A stretch of 64,000 nt of DNA. Source: a virus (taxonomy: Duplodnaviria > Caudoviricetes). Shown here piece after piece: positions 8,621 to 18,648 of this stretch. The notes below the pieces were generated by a model, which saw only the letters and a list, made by a program, of their open reading frames with translations, ran no database searches and was not told the DNA's origin. The stretch is taken from positions 24,120 to 88,119 of IMG/VR virus record IMGVR_UViG_2933088407_000001. One strand, 5' to 3'. Position 1 is the first letter of the stretch, and the number at the start of each line of letters is the position of its first letter. Position numbers and translations under genes: made by a program.

Positions 8621-10498
8621 TCAGGCGATGCGGGTGACGCGCATCCACGAGCCGACGGCCATGCGGTTGAAGGTGGTGGACGACGTGGACTGTGCCCAAC
8701 CGAGGGCGAGGGTTCCGGCGCTGGTGGTGGTGACGGTGCCCGTTTCGATGGCGTAGCAGACGTTGGTGTTCACGTTGCGGCGGCCGTAGGTGATGGTGGT
8801 GCCGAAGTTGTGTGCGCCGCTCCTCATGGTGATGCCGTCGCCGTTGTTGTTGCCCGCGGTGGCTTCAGTCGCGGCCGAGGACGGGCCCATGGCGCCCTTG
8901 AGGCCGGTAGCGCCGGTGGGCACCAGCCACTCCGTCACCGTGAGAGCGAACGTACTGCCGCCGGTGAACAGGTGGAACTCCACGATGTAGGTGGCGTTCG
9001 CGAGGAGCGACACCGTCAGGTGTGGGTCTGCGGTCCGGCTGGTGGTGCTCGTGCGGTCGGTGTTCGCCGGCTTGCTGACCAGGTACGGGGTGTTCTGGGC
9101 CATGACGCTGCCCGTGACGGAGAGGCCGGACGAGGTGAACGTGTGATCGCTGCCGTTAGCGTTTACGTTCACGTAGTCGCCGGTGACGTAGACGGAGCTG
9201 TGCTTGCCGGTACCGGTGCCGTCCTGGACGTACATGTTCATGTACGAGGCGCCAGCGGTGGAAGAGCCGGAGGCGGCGTCGATCGCGGCGAAACCGATCT
9301 CGCTCGTGGCCGTTGGGGCGTTCGTTGCCACGGCGAAGCGGCCGGGGAAGGATCCGGCTTTCGGTGATCCGAGGGAGATGACGGCTTGGCTGTAGGCGCC
9401 GCTGGAGTCCTGGGCGACGATCGGCGCCCCGAGAGCTGTGGTGGGCTGCGCCGGGACACCCACGGTGGGGCCGGCGTTGAGCCCGGCGGGGAAGAGCTCA
9501 CCGGTGACGCCGGAGTACAGGAGCATCGTCGGCCGGTTCACCATGCCGGCGGGCGGGGTGGGGGTGACCACGACGCGGGAGCCGGTGGTGTTGGTTTGGA
9601 GGACGCCGCCGGTGACGGTGGCGCCGGTGATGTCGGTGCCGTTGATGGTGCCGCCGGTGATGGTCTTGCCGGTGATGGCGTCGGCCTTGATGGCGGTGGC
9701 GTCGACGCTGCCTGCGGCGAGCTTGGCGGTGGTGACGGCGTTGGCGTCGAGCTTGTCGGTGGTGATGGCGAGGGCTGCCACCTTCGCTGCGGTGACGGCC
9801 TCGGCGGCGAGCTTGTCGGTAAGGATGGCGCCGGCGGCTATCTGTCCGGCGAGGATCGCCCCGGCCACGATCTTCTGCGTGGTGACGGCGTCGTCGGTGA
9901 TTTCGGTGGTGCCGACGGCCCCGGCGGCGATTTTCGCGGCGGTCACGGCGTCGGCCGCGAGCTTCGCCTCGGTGACGATGCCGTCGAGGATGTCGGACGC
10001 GACGACCGGTGTCGGCCCGTACGGGCCGGCCTCGGTGGAGGGGGTTGAGGCGGCGCCGGACGTGTTGCGGGCTAGCAGTTGTACGTACACCGGGTCGTCC
10101 GTCACTACGACGACGGTGGCGCCCTGCGCCGTCTCGATCGTGGACTGTAGCGTCGCCGCGGTCGCCGTGAAGCCGCTGCTGGTGGAGGCGTGGACCTCGA
10201 TCCGGGCCCAGTCCAGGGGGATCACCGCGGCGTCGGCGAACTGGCCGTCCCACGAAACGGTGACGCCGCCCAGCACGGAGGCGACGACCGGGGTGGACGG
10301 GGCCGGGGGCGGGGGTCCGTTGACGACCTGGATGCCGGAGGTGCCGTCGGCCTGCTGCCCGACGATCGCGCGCAGGCCACCAAAGTCGTCGCGGGCCACG
10401 AGGGCGGTTCCGTCGAGGGAGGCTGACGAGAGGCGAGAGGCGCGTTCGACCTTCTTGATGCGGGCTTCCAGGATGGCGAGCTGGGCTCCGATGTCCAT
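8621..10498 (-). CDS. minor tail / tail fibre protein
   Basis: Starts MDIGAQLA (TGATG coupling). FnIII-like region and decapeptide AVTxxKIA repeats typical of actinophage fibres. Confidence 0.8.
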   Translation of the reverse strand: MDIGAQLAILEARIKKVERASRLSSASLDGTALVARDDFGGLRAIVGQQADGTSGIQVVNGPPPPAPSTPVVASVLGGVTVSWDGQFADAAVIPLDWARIEVHASTSSGFTATAATLQSTIETAQGATVVVVTDDPVYVQLLARNTSGAASTPSTEAGPYGPTPVVASDILDGIVTEAKLAADAVTAAKIAAGAVGTTEITDDAVTTQKIVAGAILAGQIAAGAILTDKLAAEAVTAAKVAALAITTDKLDANAVTTAKLAAGSVDATAIKADAITGKTITGGTINGTDITGATVTGGVLQTNTTGSRVVVTPTPPAGMVNRPTMLLYSGVTGELFPAGLNAGPTVGVPAQPTTALGAPIVAQDSSGAYSQAVISLGSPKAGSFPGRFAVATNAPTATSEIGFAAIDAASGSSTAGASYMNMYVQDGTGTGKHSSVYVTGDYVNVNANGSDHTFTSSGLSVTGSVMAQNTPYLVSKPANTDRTSTTSRTADPHLTVSLLANATYIVEFHLFTGGSTFALTVTEWLVPTGATGLKGAMGPSSAATEATAGNNNGDGITMRSGAHNFGTTITYGRRNVNTNVCYAIETGTVTTTSAGTLALGWAQSTSSTTFNRMAVGSWMRVTRIA

Positions 10499-11592
10499 CA
10501 CATGCCTCCGTAGACGTAGGAGCCGGCGGGCTTGAGCTGGAGGGTGGCCTGCTCGCCGCCTTGGGCGGTGGGCTTGACGGTCCAACTGACGATGCGGCAC
10601 CAGCCCGCGAATGAGGTCCAGGGGTTGTTGACGCGGACGCGGACGTCGTCGCCGACCTGCCACGAGCCGATGGGGGCCGCGGGGTGGTCCCGCACGGTGA
10701 TTTCCTGTACGGAGCCGAGGGTCTGGCGCCATTTCGATTCGGCGGCGGCGCGCTGGGCCAGTAGGTCGGTGCCGTTGACGTCGGGCAGGTCGAGGACTGT
10801 TTCGAGGCGGAGGCGGCCGTTGCGGATGGCGTTGATCGACCGCTTCTTCGCGGAGCCGTCTCCGGTGCCGACGGCGACGACGACCTGGGCGTACTCGTCG
10901 CCGGCCTGCGGTACCTCGGGGTCCTCGAGGATGTTGACGCCGGTCGCGAAGCTGATGTCGGTCCGGCGCGCTCCGAGGCGTGGCCAGCCGAGCCGGACCC
11001 TGCGCACGGGCGCGGTACGGCCGGTGTTCCAGGCGACGTCGCAGGCGTAGTCGGGGGTCGCGTCCCCGGAGACGAGGTCATCGATGGCGTCGCCCAGCAC
11101 CGGGCTCTCCCACCAGGAGAACTTCAGCGGCTCGGCGGTGGTGCCGACCTTCGCGGTGCTGGTGGTGGCGTCGACGGTGACGCCAAGGTTGCCGTCGGCG
11201 ATGGACTGCGCGTAGGCCCAGACGTCGCGGATGACGGTGCAGGGGTCGGCGTTGGCGTAGGGGCCGCGGCCACCGAGGTTGCCGTCCAGGTCGTGGCGGT
11301 GCTGGAGGTAGGAGGACCAGCCGGCCGCCTCGATGGCGTATTCAGAGCCTTGCGGGCGGGCGTCCCAGACGAGGCCGCCCCAGCGCAGCAGCCCGTCGCG
11401 CTCGACGTAGATGAGGGTGGTGCCTGGGTCGGTGAGGGTGGTGTTGGAGGCGAGGAGGTGCGGGGCGAGCGTGCCGGATAGGGAGCCGGGCCCGTTCAGT
11501 TCGGAGCCGTACTCCAGGTCGGTGATCGGGAGGGCTTTGGACAGCCACTGGCCGGTGAGGGCGTGCTGGGTCAGTACCCGGTAGCCGGCCAT
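10498..11592 (-). CDS. minor tail protein (Tal/baseplate hub-like)
   Basis: Position downstream of Dit; SELNGPGSLSG and LRWGGLVW motifs. Confidence 0.75.
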   Translation of the reverse strand: MAGYRVLTQHALTGQWLSKALPITDLEYGSELNGPGSLSGTLAPHLLASNTTLTDPGTTLIYVERDGLLRWGGLVWDARPQGSEYAIEAAGWSSYLQHRHDLDGNLGGRGPYANADPCTVIRDVWAYAQSIADGNLGVTVDATTSTAKVGTTAEPLKFSWWESPVLGDAIDDLVSGDATPDYACDVAWNTGRTAPVRRVRLGWPRLGARRTDISFATGVNILEDPEVPQAGDEYAQVVVAVGTGDGSAKKRSINAIRNGRLRLETVLDLPDVNGTDLLAQRAAAESKWRQTLGSVQEITVRDHPAAPIGSWQVGDDVRVRVNNPWTSFAGWCRIVSWTVKPTAQGGEQATLQLKPAGSYVYGGM

Positions 11593-12533
11593 CAGTACGG
11601 CGCCTCGAAGAATTCGACGTCCGCGATGATCGTCGTTGAGGAGTCGACGGAGAACTTGCCCGCGTTGCCGGAGAAGCCGGCGACTTGGAGGCGCAGGAGC
11701 TGGGTGGTGCCGCGGTAGGCGGAGGGGATGAGGAGGTTGTCGCCGAGGACAACGGTGCCGCGGCGGACGCCGGTGCCCTGGTTGTCGTCGAGGATGACCT
11801 GCTGGACGGTGAGGCTGGCGCCGAAGGTGGCGCGGAGTTGCCCGAAGATCGTGCCGGTGCTGTAGCGGATCTGCCCCACGTCGATCTTGATTTTGACGCG
11901 GGCTGCCCAGGCGGGGATGGCGATGTTCCAGCCCGCGGCGGTGCTGAAGTAGGAGTAGGTGCCGCTGGATCCGCTGATCTCGGTGGACAGGGAGCCCGGG
12001 GACTGCATGTTCAGGGTGCGGTCGCGGCGGGCGTTGGCGATGCTCCGCAGGTCCGTGATCATCGCGTCGGTGATGATGGACGTCGATGCCGGTATGTCGA
12101 TGCGGGCCAGGGGGATCGCCGTGCGGGAGTCCGGGATTGCCGTGGCGGTGGAGGTGACACCGGAAATGATCTGGAAGTATTCGATCTGGTCGGTGGCCGG
12201 GTCGAGGCTGCTGCCGGGGTATTCGGGGTCCTCGACCCTCAATACGATCATGTCGGATCGCGGGGTGCCGCCTGTGGGCGCGATGTCGATGGTTTCGGTA
12301 CCCACGTTGCAGACGGCATAGGAGCCCTGGAAGGCGTTGTCACGTCCACGGACAATGCCTGAGCCGTCGGAGATGTTGACGGACGCCCCCGGTGTGGACA
12401 GGGCCGTTACCTTCAGGTCGTCTCCTTCGGTGATGCCCTCCGACCCGCGGGCCAGGTCCCGCACGAGCATGCGGAACTGCTGTGCGCTGTGTGAGGCGCC
12501 GTCCGTGAGGATCGGTGCTTGGAACAGGGCCAT
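11592..12533 (-). CDS. minor tail protein
   Basis: PRSDMIVLRVEDPEY and IPLARIDIPA..ITDAMITDLR motifs common in actinophage tail proteins. Confidence 0.75.
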   Translation of the reverse strand: MALFQAPILTDGASHSAQQFRMLVRDLARGSEGITEGDDLKVTALSTPGASVNISDGSGIVRGRDNAFQGSYAVCNVGTETIDIAPTGGTPRSDMIVLRVEDPEYPGSSLDPATDQIEYFQIISGVTSTATAIPDSRTAIPLARIDIPASTSIITDAMITDLRSIANARRDRTLNMQSPGSLSTEISGSSGTYSYFSTAAGWNIAIPAWAARVKIKIDVGQIRYSTGTIFGQLRATFGASLTVQQVILDDNQGTGVRRGTVVLGDNLLIPSAYRGTTQLLRLQVAGFSGNAGKFSVDSSTTIIADVEFFEAPY

Positions 12534-12542
12534 GTCGTGCTC

Positions 12543-13445
12543 CTAGAGGGCGGTGTAGGCGTCGCGCCAGGTGATGGTGAGCCGGGCTGTGTTGGTCGGG
12601 TCGACGGCGGTCCACCGCATCTCGGACGTGCCGGGGGGCAGGGAGAACAGGTCGAGACGGGAGGCGGCGGCCAGGTACGTTTCGGCGTTGCCGCCGTTCT
12701 CCCGCACCACCGACAGTCGCCCCGGCCGGGTGTCCATCTCCACCCACTGGCCCGCGGTGAGGGCGAGCGTCGGCAGGGCCAGGACGCGGCCCGAGGTGGC
12801 GTGAGTGATGGTGACGTTGTTGCACGGCCCCTGGATGCGCAGGACGGGCCAGGTGTCGCGGGTGCCGGCGTTGGTGACCCACCCGGGGCGTTCCGCGGTG
12901 GTGGTGGCGGAGGTGACGAAGATGGGTGCGACGACGGGGGCGGTGAATCCGCCGCCGGTCATCCAGCCGAGGGGGATGTCGAGGGTCTGCTCGGTGTCGC
13001 CGTACCAGGTGGGGTCGGTCGCTTCGAATGCCATGTCGAGTTCGATGCGGCCGTGGATGGCGGTGGCCATCTCCGGGGCGCAGCGGCGCAGTCGGCCGTT
13101 GGCGCGTCGGGTGGTGCCGCCGGGCCGGCGGACGCGTAGCGGCATCGTGGCGCCGCCGACGAGCCGGATGGCGGGATCATCGGCGGCGGCCTGGAGCTGC
13201 GCGAGGAGGGCTTCGCAGGCGGGGCCGTTGCCGGGGATGGTGATGCCGCCGTCGAACTCGATGGTGCGGGCCGTGTAGTAGTCCGGGCCCGGGTAGGTGC
13301 CGTCAGCGGACGGCCGGTCGACGTCGGAGTCGCGGGTTCCGGGCCAGCCGAGGCCGGTGACTTCCTTGAAGCGGATCGGGGTGCCGGTGCCCATGAGGAC
13401 ACCGCCGAGGTCCCACTGCCCCTCGTTCAGGTCAACGTCCGGCAC
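12543..13445 (-). CDS. distal tail protein (Dit)
   Basis: Directly after the tape measure; FEATDPTWYG and NAGTRDTWPVLRIQGP motifs. Confidence 0.75.
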   Translation of the reverse strand: MPDVDLNEGQWDLGGVLMGTGTPIRFKEVTGLGWPGTRDSDVDRPSADGTYPGPDYYTARTIEFDGGITIPGNGPACEALLAQLQAAADDPAIRLVGGATMPLRVRRPGGTTRRANGRLRRCAPEMATAIHGRIELDMAFEATDPTWYGDTEQTLDIPLGWMTGGGFTAPVVAPIFVTSATTTAERPGWVTNAGTRDTWPVLRIQGPCNNVTITHATSGRVLALPTLALTAGQWVEMDTRPGRLSVVRENGGNAETYLAAASRLDLFSLPPGTSEMRWTAVDPTNTARLTITWRDAYTAL

Positions 13446-16400
13446 GGGCTGCCACCCCTCCCCTGCGTGCGCGCCGCATCTGCCGGCCGACCTGGTGGCC
13501 GATGTCGTAGGCGGATGCGCCGGTCCTGGTCACGGGCACGTTCACGGTGGTGGGGCCTTCCTGGCTGATGACGACGGCACGTCCGGCGTTCGCGTCGGTC
13601 AGGCCGACGCCGAAGCGCTGGGCGACGTCGCCGAGGACTGCGGTGGCCGAGGCCCGCTTGTTGGCGCCGAGGGGGATGTACGCCTCTCCGCCGGTGGAGG
13701 GCTCGGCGAACGTGACGGCGCCGGCGCGGGTTCCGTAGATGCCGGGGCGGATGCCGCCGTTGGCGTATGACAGGCCCTTCTGTGCGCGGGCCAGGTCGGC
13801 GAGGAATTTCGCAGAGCGGGAACCGAGGCTGCTCTTGATCTGACTGCTGGCTTTGGTGGCGACGGTGACGATGTCGTCTTCGCCCAGCCCGGTGGCGGAG
13901 GCCACGTCGTGGATGCCGGTCTTGGAGCTCTTGACCGCGGCGATGATCTGCACCAGTTGGGCGATCTGGTCGGAGGACAGTGCGTTGTTTGCCGCGGTGG
14001 CGGCCTTGTTTGCCGAAGCTGCCTTGCTCTTGTCCTTGGCTGCGGCGGCGGCCAGAGCCTCGGCGTCCTGATCGTTCTGCGACGCGAGGCGCGTGGCGAG
14101 AGCCCCGTAGCCGCTGGCAGCGAGCCTGGTGAGGTTCGCCTGGAACGCGGCCTGGTCTTTCACCGCGGCGTTGAGCTGCGAGGTGTACTCGCCCAGGGAC
14201 GCCTTGGCCGAGGCTGCGAGGTTCCGCAGCTGAGAGGCCATGTCGTTGATGTACTTCGACGAACCGTGGGCCATTTTCTTCGTCAGCGCGATGCCTTCGT
14301 CGCCCATGTCGGCGAGTGCGGCAGCGACGTCCTGGCCGGCGCGGGATGCGACCGTGGCGAGGTCCTTGCGCCAGGCGTCGAGAGCGTTGTTGGAAGCGCG
14401 CAGCTTGCTCGTGAAGACCGAGAGGCTGAAGTTGCCGTTCTTGTCGTTTGAGGCGGAGATCAGTCCAGACAGGGTGTACTTCTGGGCTGCGCCGCCGAAT
14501 CCGGAGTAGGTGAAGTCCAGGCCGCCGCCGTCAGCGAACCGGGTAACGGAGCCGTCGGCGTTCCACGCGATGCCCCGGCCGCCCAGGCGGCGCACGGTCT
14601 CCTCGGCGATGGCGCGGGAGCGGCGCCGCTTGCCAACGGCGAGGGGAATGTAGGCCTCGCCGCCGGTCTCGTCTTCGGCCCACACGCGCCATTCGCCGGC
14701 GCGGGCGATCTGCGCGGTGTGCTGCTCGCGCCGCATGCCACCGCCGGCGTAGTGCGCGACCTGGACGGATCCGTCGGCCTGGTAGCCGCTGGCGTACGGG
14801 CCTGGGTTGGCCTTCCTGACGATCGTGTCGATGAACGTTTTCTTGTAGATGCTGATGGTCGCTGAGCTGCCGTGGACACTGTCGATGGCACCCTGGATTG
14901 CGGCGACCTGGGATTTCGGGGTGCCGGTCGGCACGCTGACAACGACCGTTTTCCCGTCCGTCGACTGGATTTTGAATCCGAGGAGTTCCAGCTGGCGGCG
15001 CCCCTCTGCGGTGGGGACGTTCATCGTGATGGTCTTGCCGTGTTGCTTTTGGACCGCTGCCTTGAGGTTTTCCAGATCGCGGAGTGCCCCGGCGGTCTTC
15101 GCGCTCATGTTGAGGCTCTTGCCGCCGGGTACGGCCTGCATCTGCTTGAGCAGGTTGGCGAGGTCTGCTTTTGCCTGCCCGGTCTTCGCGGTGACCTTGT
15201 ATTCGCGGGTTCCCGGGATGAGCTTGACGGTGTAGCCGAGCTCCTCGAGCTTCTTCTTCGCGTCGTCGGACAGGGTGTCGACCTTGACCGTCTTGGACTT
15301 CGGGACCTTCGCGAACTCCGCTTGGACGGCGAGGAGCTCGGCGAGGGTGGAGTCGACGCCCTTGGTTTGGAGCAGGATGGAGACCTGGCCGGGGATGAGG
15401 CCCATCGCGTCGGCGACGCCCTGCGCCTGCTTGCTGGACAGGCCGTAGCCTTCGCCGAGCTTGATGGCCGCGTCGCGGGCCTTTTGCATCTCCGCCTGTG
15501 AGGCCTTCAAGCTCTCGGGAAGGCCCTTGCCCTGCGACTGCGCGAAGTCGTAGGCCGCGATTGCGGCGTCCGCTGACCCGTCGGCGATGTTGTTGAAGGT
15601 GTTGAACAGCGACTGGCCGTTCTTCGTGGTGGTGTCGATCTGCCCGTTGGCTTTGACGAGGGCCTTGCCCCAGCCGTCGCTCTTGCTGATGCCGTTGGTC
15701 ATTGCGTCGTTGGCCTGGGTGATGGCCTCGTTTACGCGTGCCTGGGCGGCTTGGAGGCTGATGCTGCCGCCGGAGAGCAGGTCGAGGCTGGCGCGCAGGG
15801 CGCGGGTGCGGGAGTCGGCGTCGCCGGTCTTGTCGGCGAGAGCCGCAACCGAGTCCTTGAGTCGCTGGTAGGCGGAGACGCCGTCTTCGGATCCCTTCTG
15901 CGCGGCAGCCAGTTCTTTCGCAGACCGCGCCGCTCCGGACATCTCCCCCTTCATGCTGCCCAGGGCGGCGGCCGCGTCCTTCGCGGACTTGCCGACCGGG
16001 TCGATGTCGGTGACGACGCCGCCGCCGCTGGAGACGGTTACCTTCGTGTGCGCTTCAGCGACTCCCTCCAGTTGCTTTTGGAGTTCGCCGAGGCTCTTGC
16101 CTTCGCCCAGGTAGGAGCTTGTGAGGCTCTTGAGGGAGACGCCGGAGCGGCGCATCACGTCGACGAGTTTCTGCCGGCCGTCGCCGACCTTCATGTCCTG
16201 GATCTGTTGAGCGGCGACGGCGCGGACGTTGTCATCGACAGCGCCTTTGGACTCGCGCAGAGCCTGGGAGAGGTTCGCGATCCGCTGGTCGTGCTCTGCG
16301 GCGGCTTGGGCTGCTTTCTGCTGTGCGCTGGCGAGGAAGCCCAGGGCAACGGTTGCGCCAGCGATGGCTACGCCCCACGGGCCGCCCATGGCTGCGGTGA

Positions 16401-18636
16401 GGCCGGTCATGGCTCCGCGCAAGCCGGTACCTGCTGCTGCGGCGACTCCGCGGAGTGTGCTGGTGAATCCGGATCCGGCGGCGGCGGCGGTCCGGAAGCT
16501 GCCGGCCATACGGCCGATGATCGGCACCCGGTCTTGGAGGACAGCGAATGCCGCACCGTAGCGGGAGAGGGATTGGCCGGCTGCACCAGCGAGGGTGCGC
16601 TGGTAGGCCATCTGCTGTGACAGGGACTGGAAGGCTCCGGTGACGCGGCCGCGGACGGTGTTGGCGATGTTGGACAGGGGGCCCTGGACGCGGCGGAAGA
16701 GGAGCATCGCGGCGACGGCTGCCTGCACCGGGCCGGGGAGCGACCCGAAGGCGGAGACGATGCCGCCGACGACGTGGCCGATGGGGCCGAGGATCCCGGA
16801 GAGCCAGCCCAGCACGGACAGGACCGCGTCGAGGGCCATGACGGCGATGTCGACGGCTGTGCCGAGGCCGGAGGAGCCCTTGGCTAGCGAGGAGAAGCCG
16901 GAGACGACGGGCTCGATGAAGGCGACGATGTTGGAGAAGATCTCGCCTGCGGTGTCGCCGATGGACAGCAGGGTGTGCAGGAACTGGGCGAGGGCGTGCT
17001 CGCCGAAGTCTTTGAGCGGGCCGATCATGCCGGAGACGCTTTTGCCGAGGGTCGAGAAGCGGCTGGAGAGGGCGGCGCCGATTTCCGGGCCGAAGAGGGT
17101 GGCCGCGGAGTTGAGGTACTGGAAGAACTTTTCGATCTTCGGGGTGGCGGCGGATAGTCCCTTGGTGATGCCGCGGGTCATCCATTCCATCCCGGGGGCC
17201 ATGCCCTGGTAGATGGCGAGTCCGGTCTGGCGGGCCTGGGTTTTGAGGCCGAGCATGGCGCCGGCCAGGCCCTTGCCCTTCGCGGCGGCGATGTCGGCGG
17301 CCGAGCCGGTGCCCTTGACTGCGGCCATGAGGTTGTCGAAGGAGTCGACGCCCTGGTGGGCCATGGCGATAGCGCCAGACATGGCGGGCTTGCCCATGGA
17401 CTTCTTGACGGCGGCCGCGAAGTCCTGCTGGGTCATGTTGTGCTGGGCCTTGGACAGGCCGTCGATGACGTAGCGCAGGCCCTTGAAGTTGCCCTGGGCG
17501 TCCCACGCTTCGATGTTCATGGCCTTGAGGCCTTCGATCATCTGCGGGGTGGGGGCGGCGAGGTTGGCCATCATGCCGCGGAGGGTGGTGCCGGCGGTCT
17601 GGCCGAGGATGCCTGCCTTGCCGAGCATGCCGACTGCGGACGCGGTCTCCTCGATGGAGACACCGAGCCCGTGGGCGACAGGTCCGGCATATTTCATTGC
17701 ATAGTAAATGTCCTTAATGTCGCCCGATGCCGCGTTGGCGGTGGACGCGAGGGTGTCGGCGGCGCGGGATGCCTGGTCGGCACCCATGCCGAACTGGTCC
17801 ATGATGTCGCCGAGATACTTCGCGGAGTCGGCGGCGTTGACCTGGGCGGCGGAGGCGAGGCGCAGGGATGCGCTGGTGGCGGAGATGGCCTGGTCGGTGC
17901 GGAAACCGGCCTTGGCGAGTTCGACCATGGCCTCGGCGGCGTCGCCGGCGGTGGCGCCCGGCAGGGACAGGTCGTTGCCGAGCTGGTTGGCGGTCGCGGC
18001 CGCGCGCTTCATCTGCATCTGGGTGGCGCCGGTGACCGCCCCGAAGGCGTTCATCTCCTGCTGGTACTCATTGCCCTCTTTGACCATGGCGCCCAGGCCC
18101 ATGACCAGTGCGCCACCGGACAGGAGGGCGGCCATGCTGCGCAGCTGGGAGTGGGCGCGGCCGGTCTCGCCGGCGAAGCGCCGCATGTTCGAGACGCCTC
18201 GGTCGCCGACCCGGTTGGTGTGGGCGGCTGCGGTGCGGGCTGCCGTGCCGAGGCGGTTGAGGTCGCGGATGGCGCCGCTGAGCTGGCTGGACATGCGGGA
18301 GATCTGGCGGGATGCGTCGCGGCTGTTGGTGCCGAGGCGGTCCATGCCGCGCTGGGCGGTGCGGGCCGCGTCGCCGTAGCGGTTGAGGTTGCGTGCGGCG
18401 TCGCGGCTGGCGTTGGCCAGGCGCTGGATGTCGCGTGCGGCGTTGCGGGCCTCACGGCCGAGGGAGCGGAGGTTGCCGCGGGCGGCGAGGGCGGCTGTGT
18501 CGAGTTCGCGCAGGCCGGTGCGGGCCCGGGTGAGGGACTGGTCGAGGGTGCGGGCGTGGGTGGCGGACTCGCGGAGCGCGCGGGCCAGGCTGGTGCCGTT
18601 TCCCCGCAGGTCAACGCTGAGGTTCCAGTTCGCCAC
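13432..18636 (-). CDS. tail tape measure protein
   Basis: 1734 aa, Ala/Gly-rich, with a TP901-type core (AMKYAGPVAHGLGVSIEETASAVGML..AGTTLR). Two AE..TGGEAYIPL motifs near the C-terminus. Confidence 0.95.
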   Translation of the reverse strand: MANWNLSVDLRGNGTSLARALRESATHARTLDQSLTRARTGLRELDTAALAARGNLRSLGREARNAARDIQRLANASRDAARNLNRYGDAARTAQRGMDRLGTNSRDASRQISRMSSQLSGAIRDLNRLGTAARTAAAHTNRVGDRGVSNMRRFAGETGRAHSQLRSMAALLSGGALVMGLGAMVKEGNEYQQEMNAFGAVTGATQMQMKRAAATANQLGNDLSLPGATAGDAAEAMVELAKAGFRTDQAISATSASLRLASAAQVNAADSAKYLGDIMDQFGMGADQASRAADTLASTANAASGDIKDIYYAMKYAGPVAHGLGVSIEETASAVGMLGKAGILGQTAGTTLRGMMANLAAPTPQMIEGLKAMNIEAWDAQGNFKGLRYVIDGLSKAQHNMTQQDFAAAVKKSMGKPAMSGAIAMAHQGVDSFDNLMAAVKGTGSAADIAAAKGKGLAGAMLGLKTQARQTGLAIYQGMAPGMEWMTRGITKGLSAATPKIEKFFQYLNSAATLFGPEIGAALSSRFSTLGKSVSGMIGPLKDFGEHALAQFLHTLLSIGDTAGEIFSNIVAFIEPVVSGFSSLAKGSSGLGTAVDIAVMALDAVLSVLGWLSGILGPIGHVVGGIVSAFGSLPGPVQAAVAAMLLFRRVQGPLSNIANTVRGRVTGAFQSLSQQMAYQRTLAGAAGQSLSRYGAAFAVLQDRVPIIGRMAGSFRTAAAAGSGFTSTLRGVAAAAGTGLRGAMTGLTAAMGGPWGVAIAGATVALGFLASAQQKAAQAAAEHDQRIANLSQALRESKGAVDDNVRAVAAQQIQDMKVGDGRQKLVDVMRRSGVSLKSLTSSYLGEGKSLGELQKQLEGVAEAHTKVTVSSGGGVVTDIDPVGKSAKDAAAALGSMKGEMSGAARSAKELAAAQKGSEDGVSAYQRLKDSVAALADKTGDADSRTRALRASLDLLSGGSISLQAAQARVNEAITQANDAMTNGISKSDGWGKALVKANGQIDTTTKNGQSLFNTFNNIADGSADAAIAAYDFAQSQGKGLPESLKASQAEMQKARDAAIKLGEGYGLSSKQAQGVADAMGLIPGQVSILLQTKGVDSTLAELLAVQAEFAKVPKSKTVKVDTLSDDAKKKLEELGYTVKLIPGTREYKVTAKTGQAKADLANLLKQMQAVPGGKSLNMSAKTAGALRDLENLKAAVQKQHGKTITMNVPTAEGRRQLELLGFKIQSTDGKTVVVSVPTGTPKSQVAAIQGAIDSVHGSSATISIYKKTFIDTIVRKANPGPYASGYQADGSVQVAHYAGGGMRREQHTAQIARAGEWRVWAEDETGGEAYIPLAVGKRRRSRAIAEETVRRLGGRGIAWNADGSVTRFADGGGLDFTYSGFGGAAQKYTLSGLISASNDKNGNFSLSVFTSKLRASNNALDAWRKDLATVASRAGQDVAAALADMGDEGIALTKKMAHGSSKYINDMASQLRNLAASAKASLGEYTSQLNAAVKDQAAFQANLTRLAASGYGALATRLASQNDQDAEALAAAAAKDKSKAASANKAATAANNALSSDQIAQLVQIIAAVKSSKTGIHDVASATGLGEDDIVTVATKASSQIKSSLGSRSAKFLADLARAQKGLSYANGGIRPGIYGTRAGAVTFAEPSTGGEAYIPLGANKRASATAVLGDVAQRFGVGLTDANAGRAVVISQEGPTTVNVPVTRTGASAYDIGHQVGRQMRRARRGGVAARAGR

Positions 18637-18648
18637 CGTCCCCCCTCC

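Noticed and set aside
8621-10498. Diversity-generating retroelement or invertible tail-fibre cassette
   Set aside because: No reverse transcriptase, template repeat, or inverted recombination sites around the fibre gene were seen.
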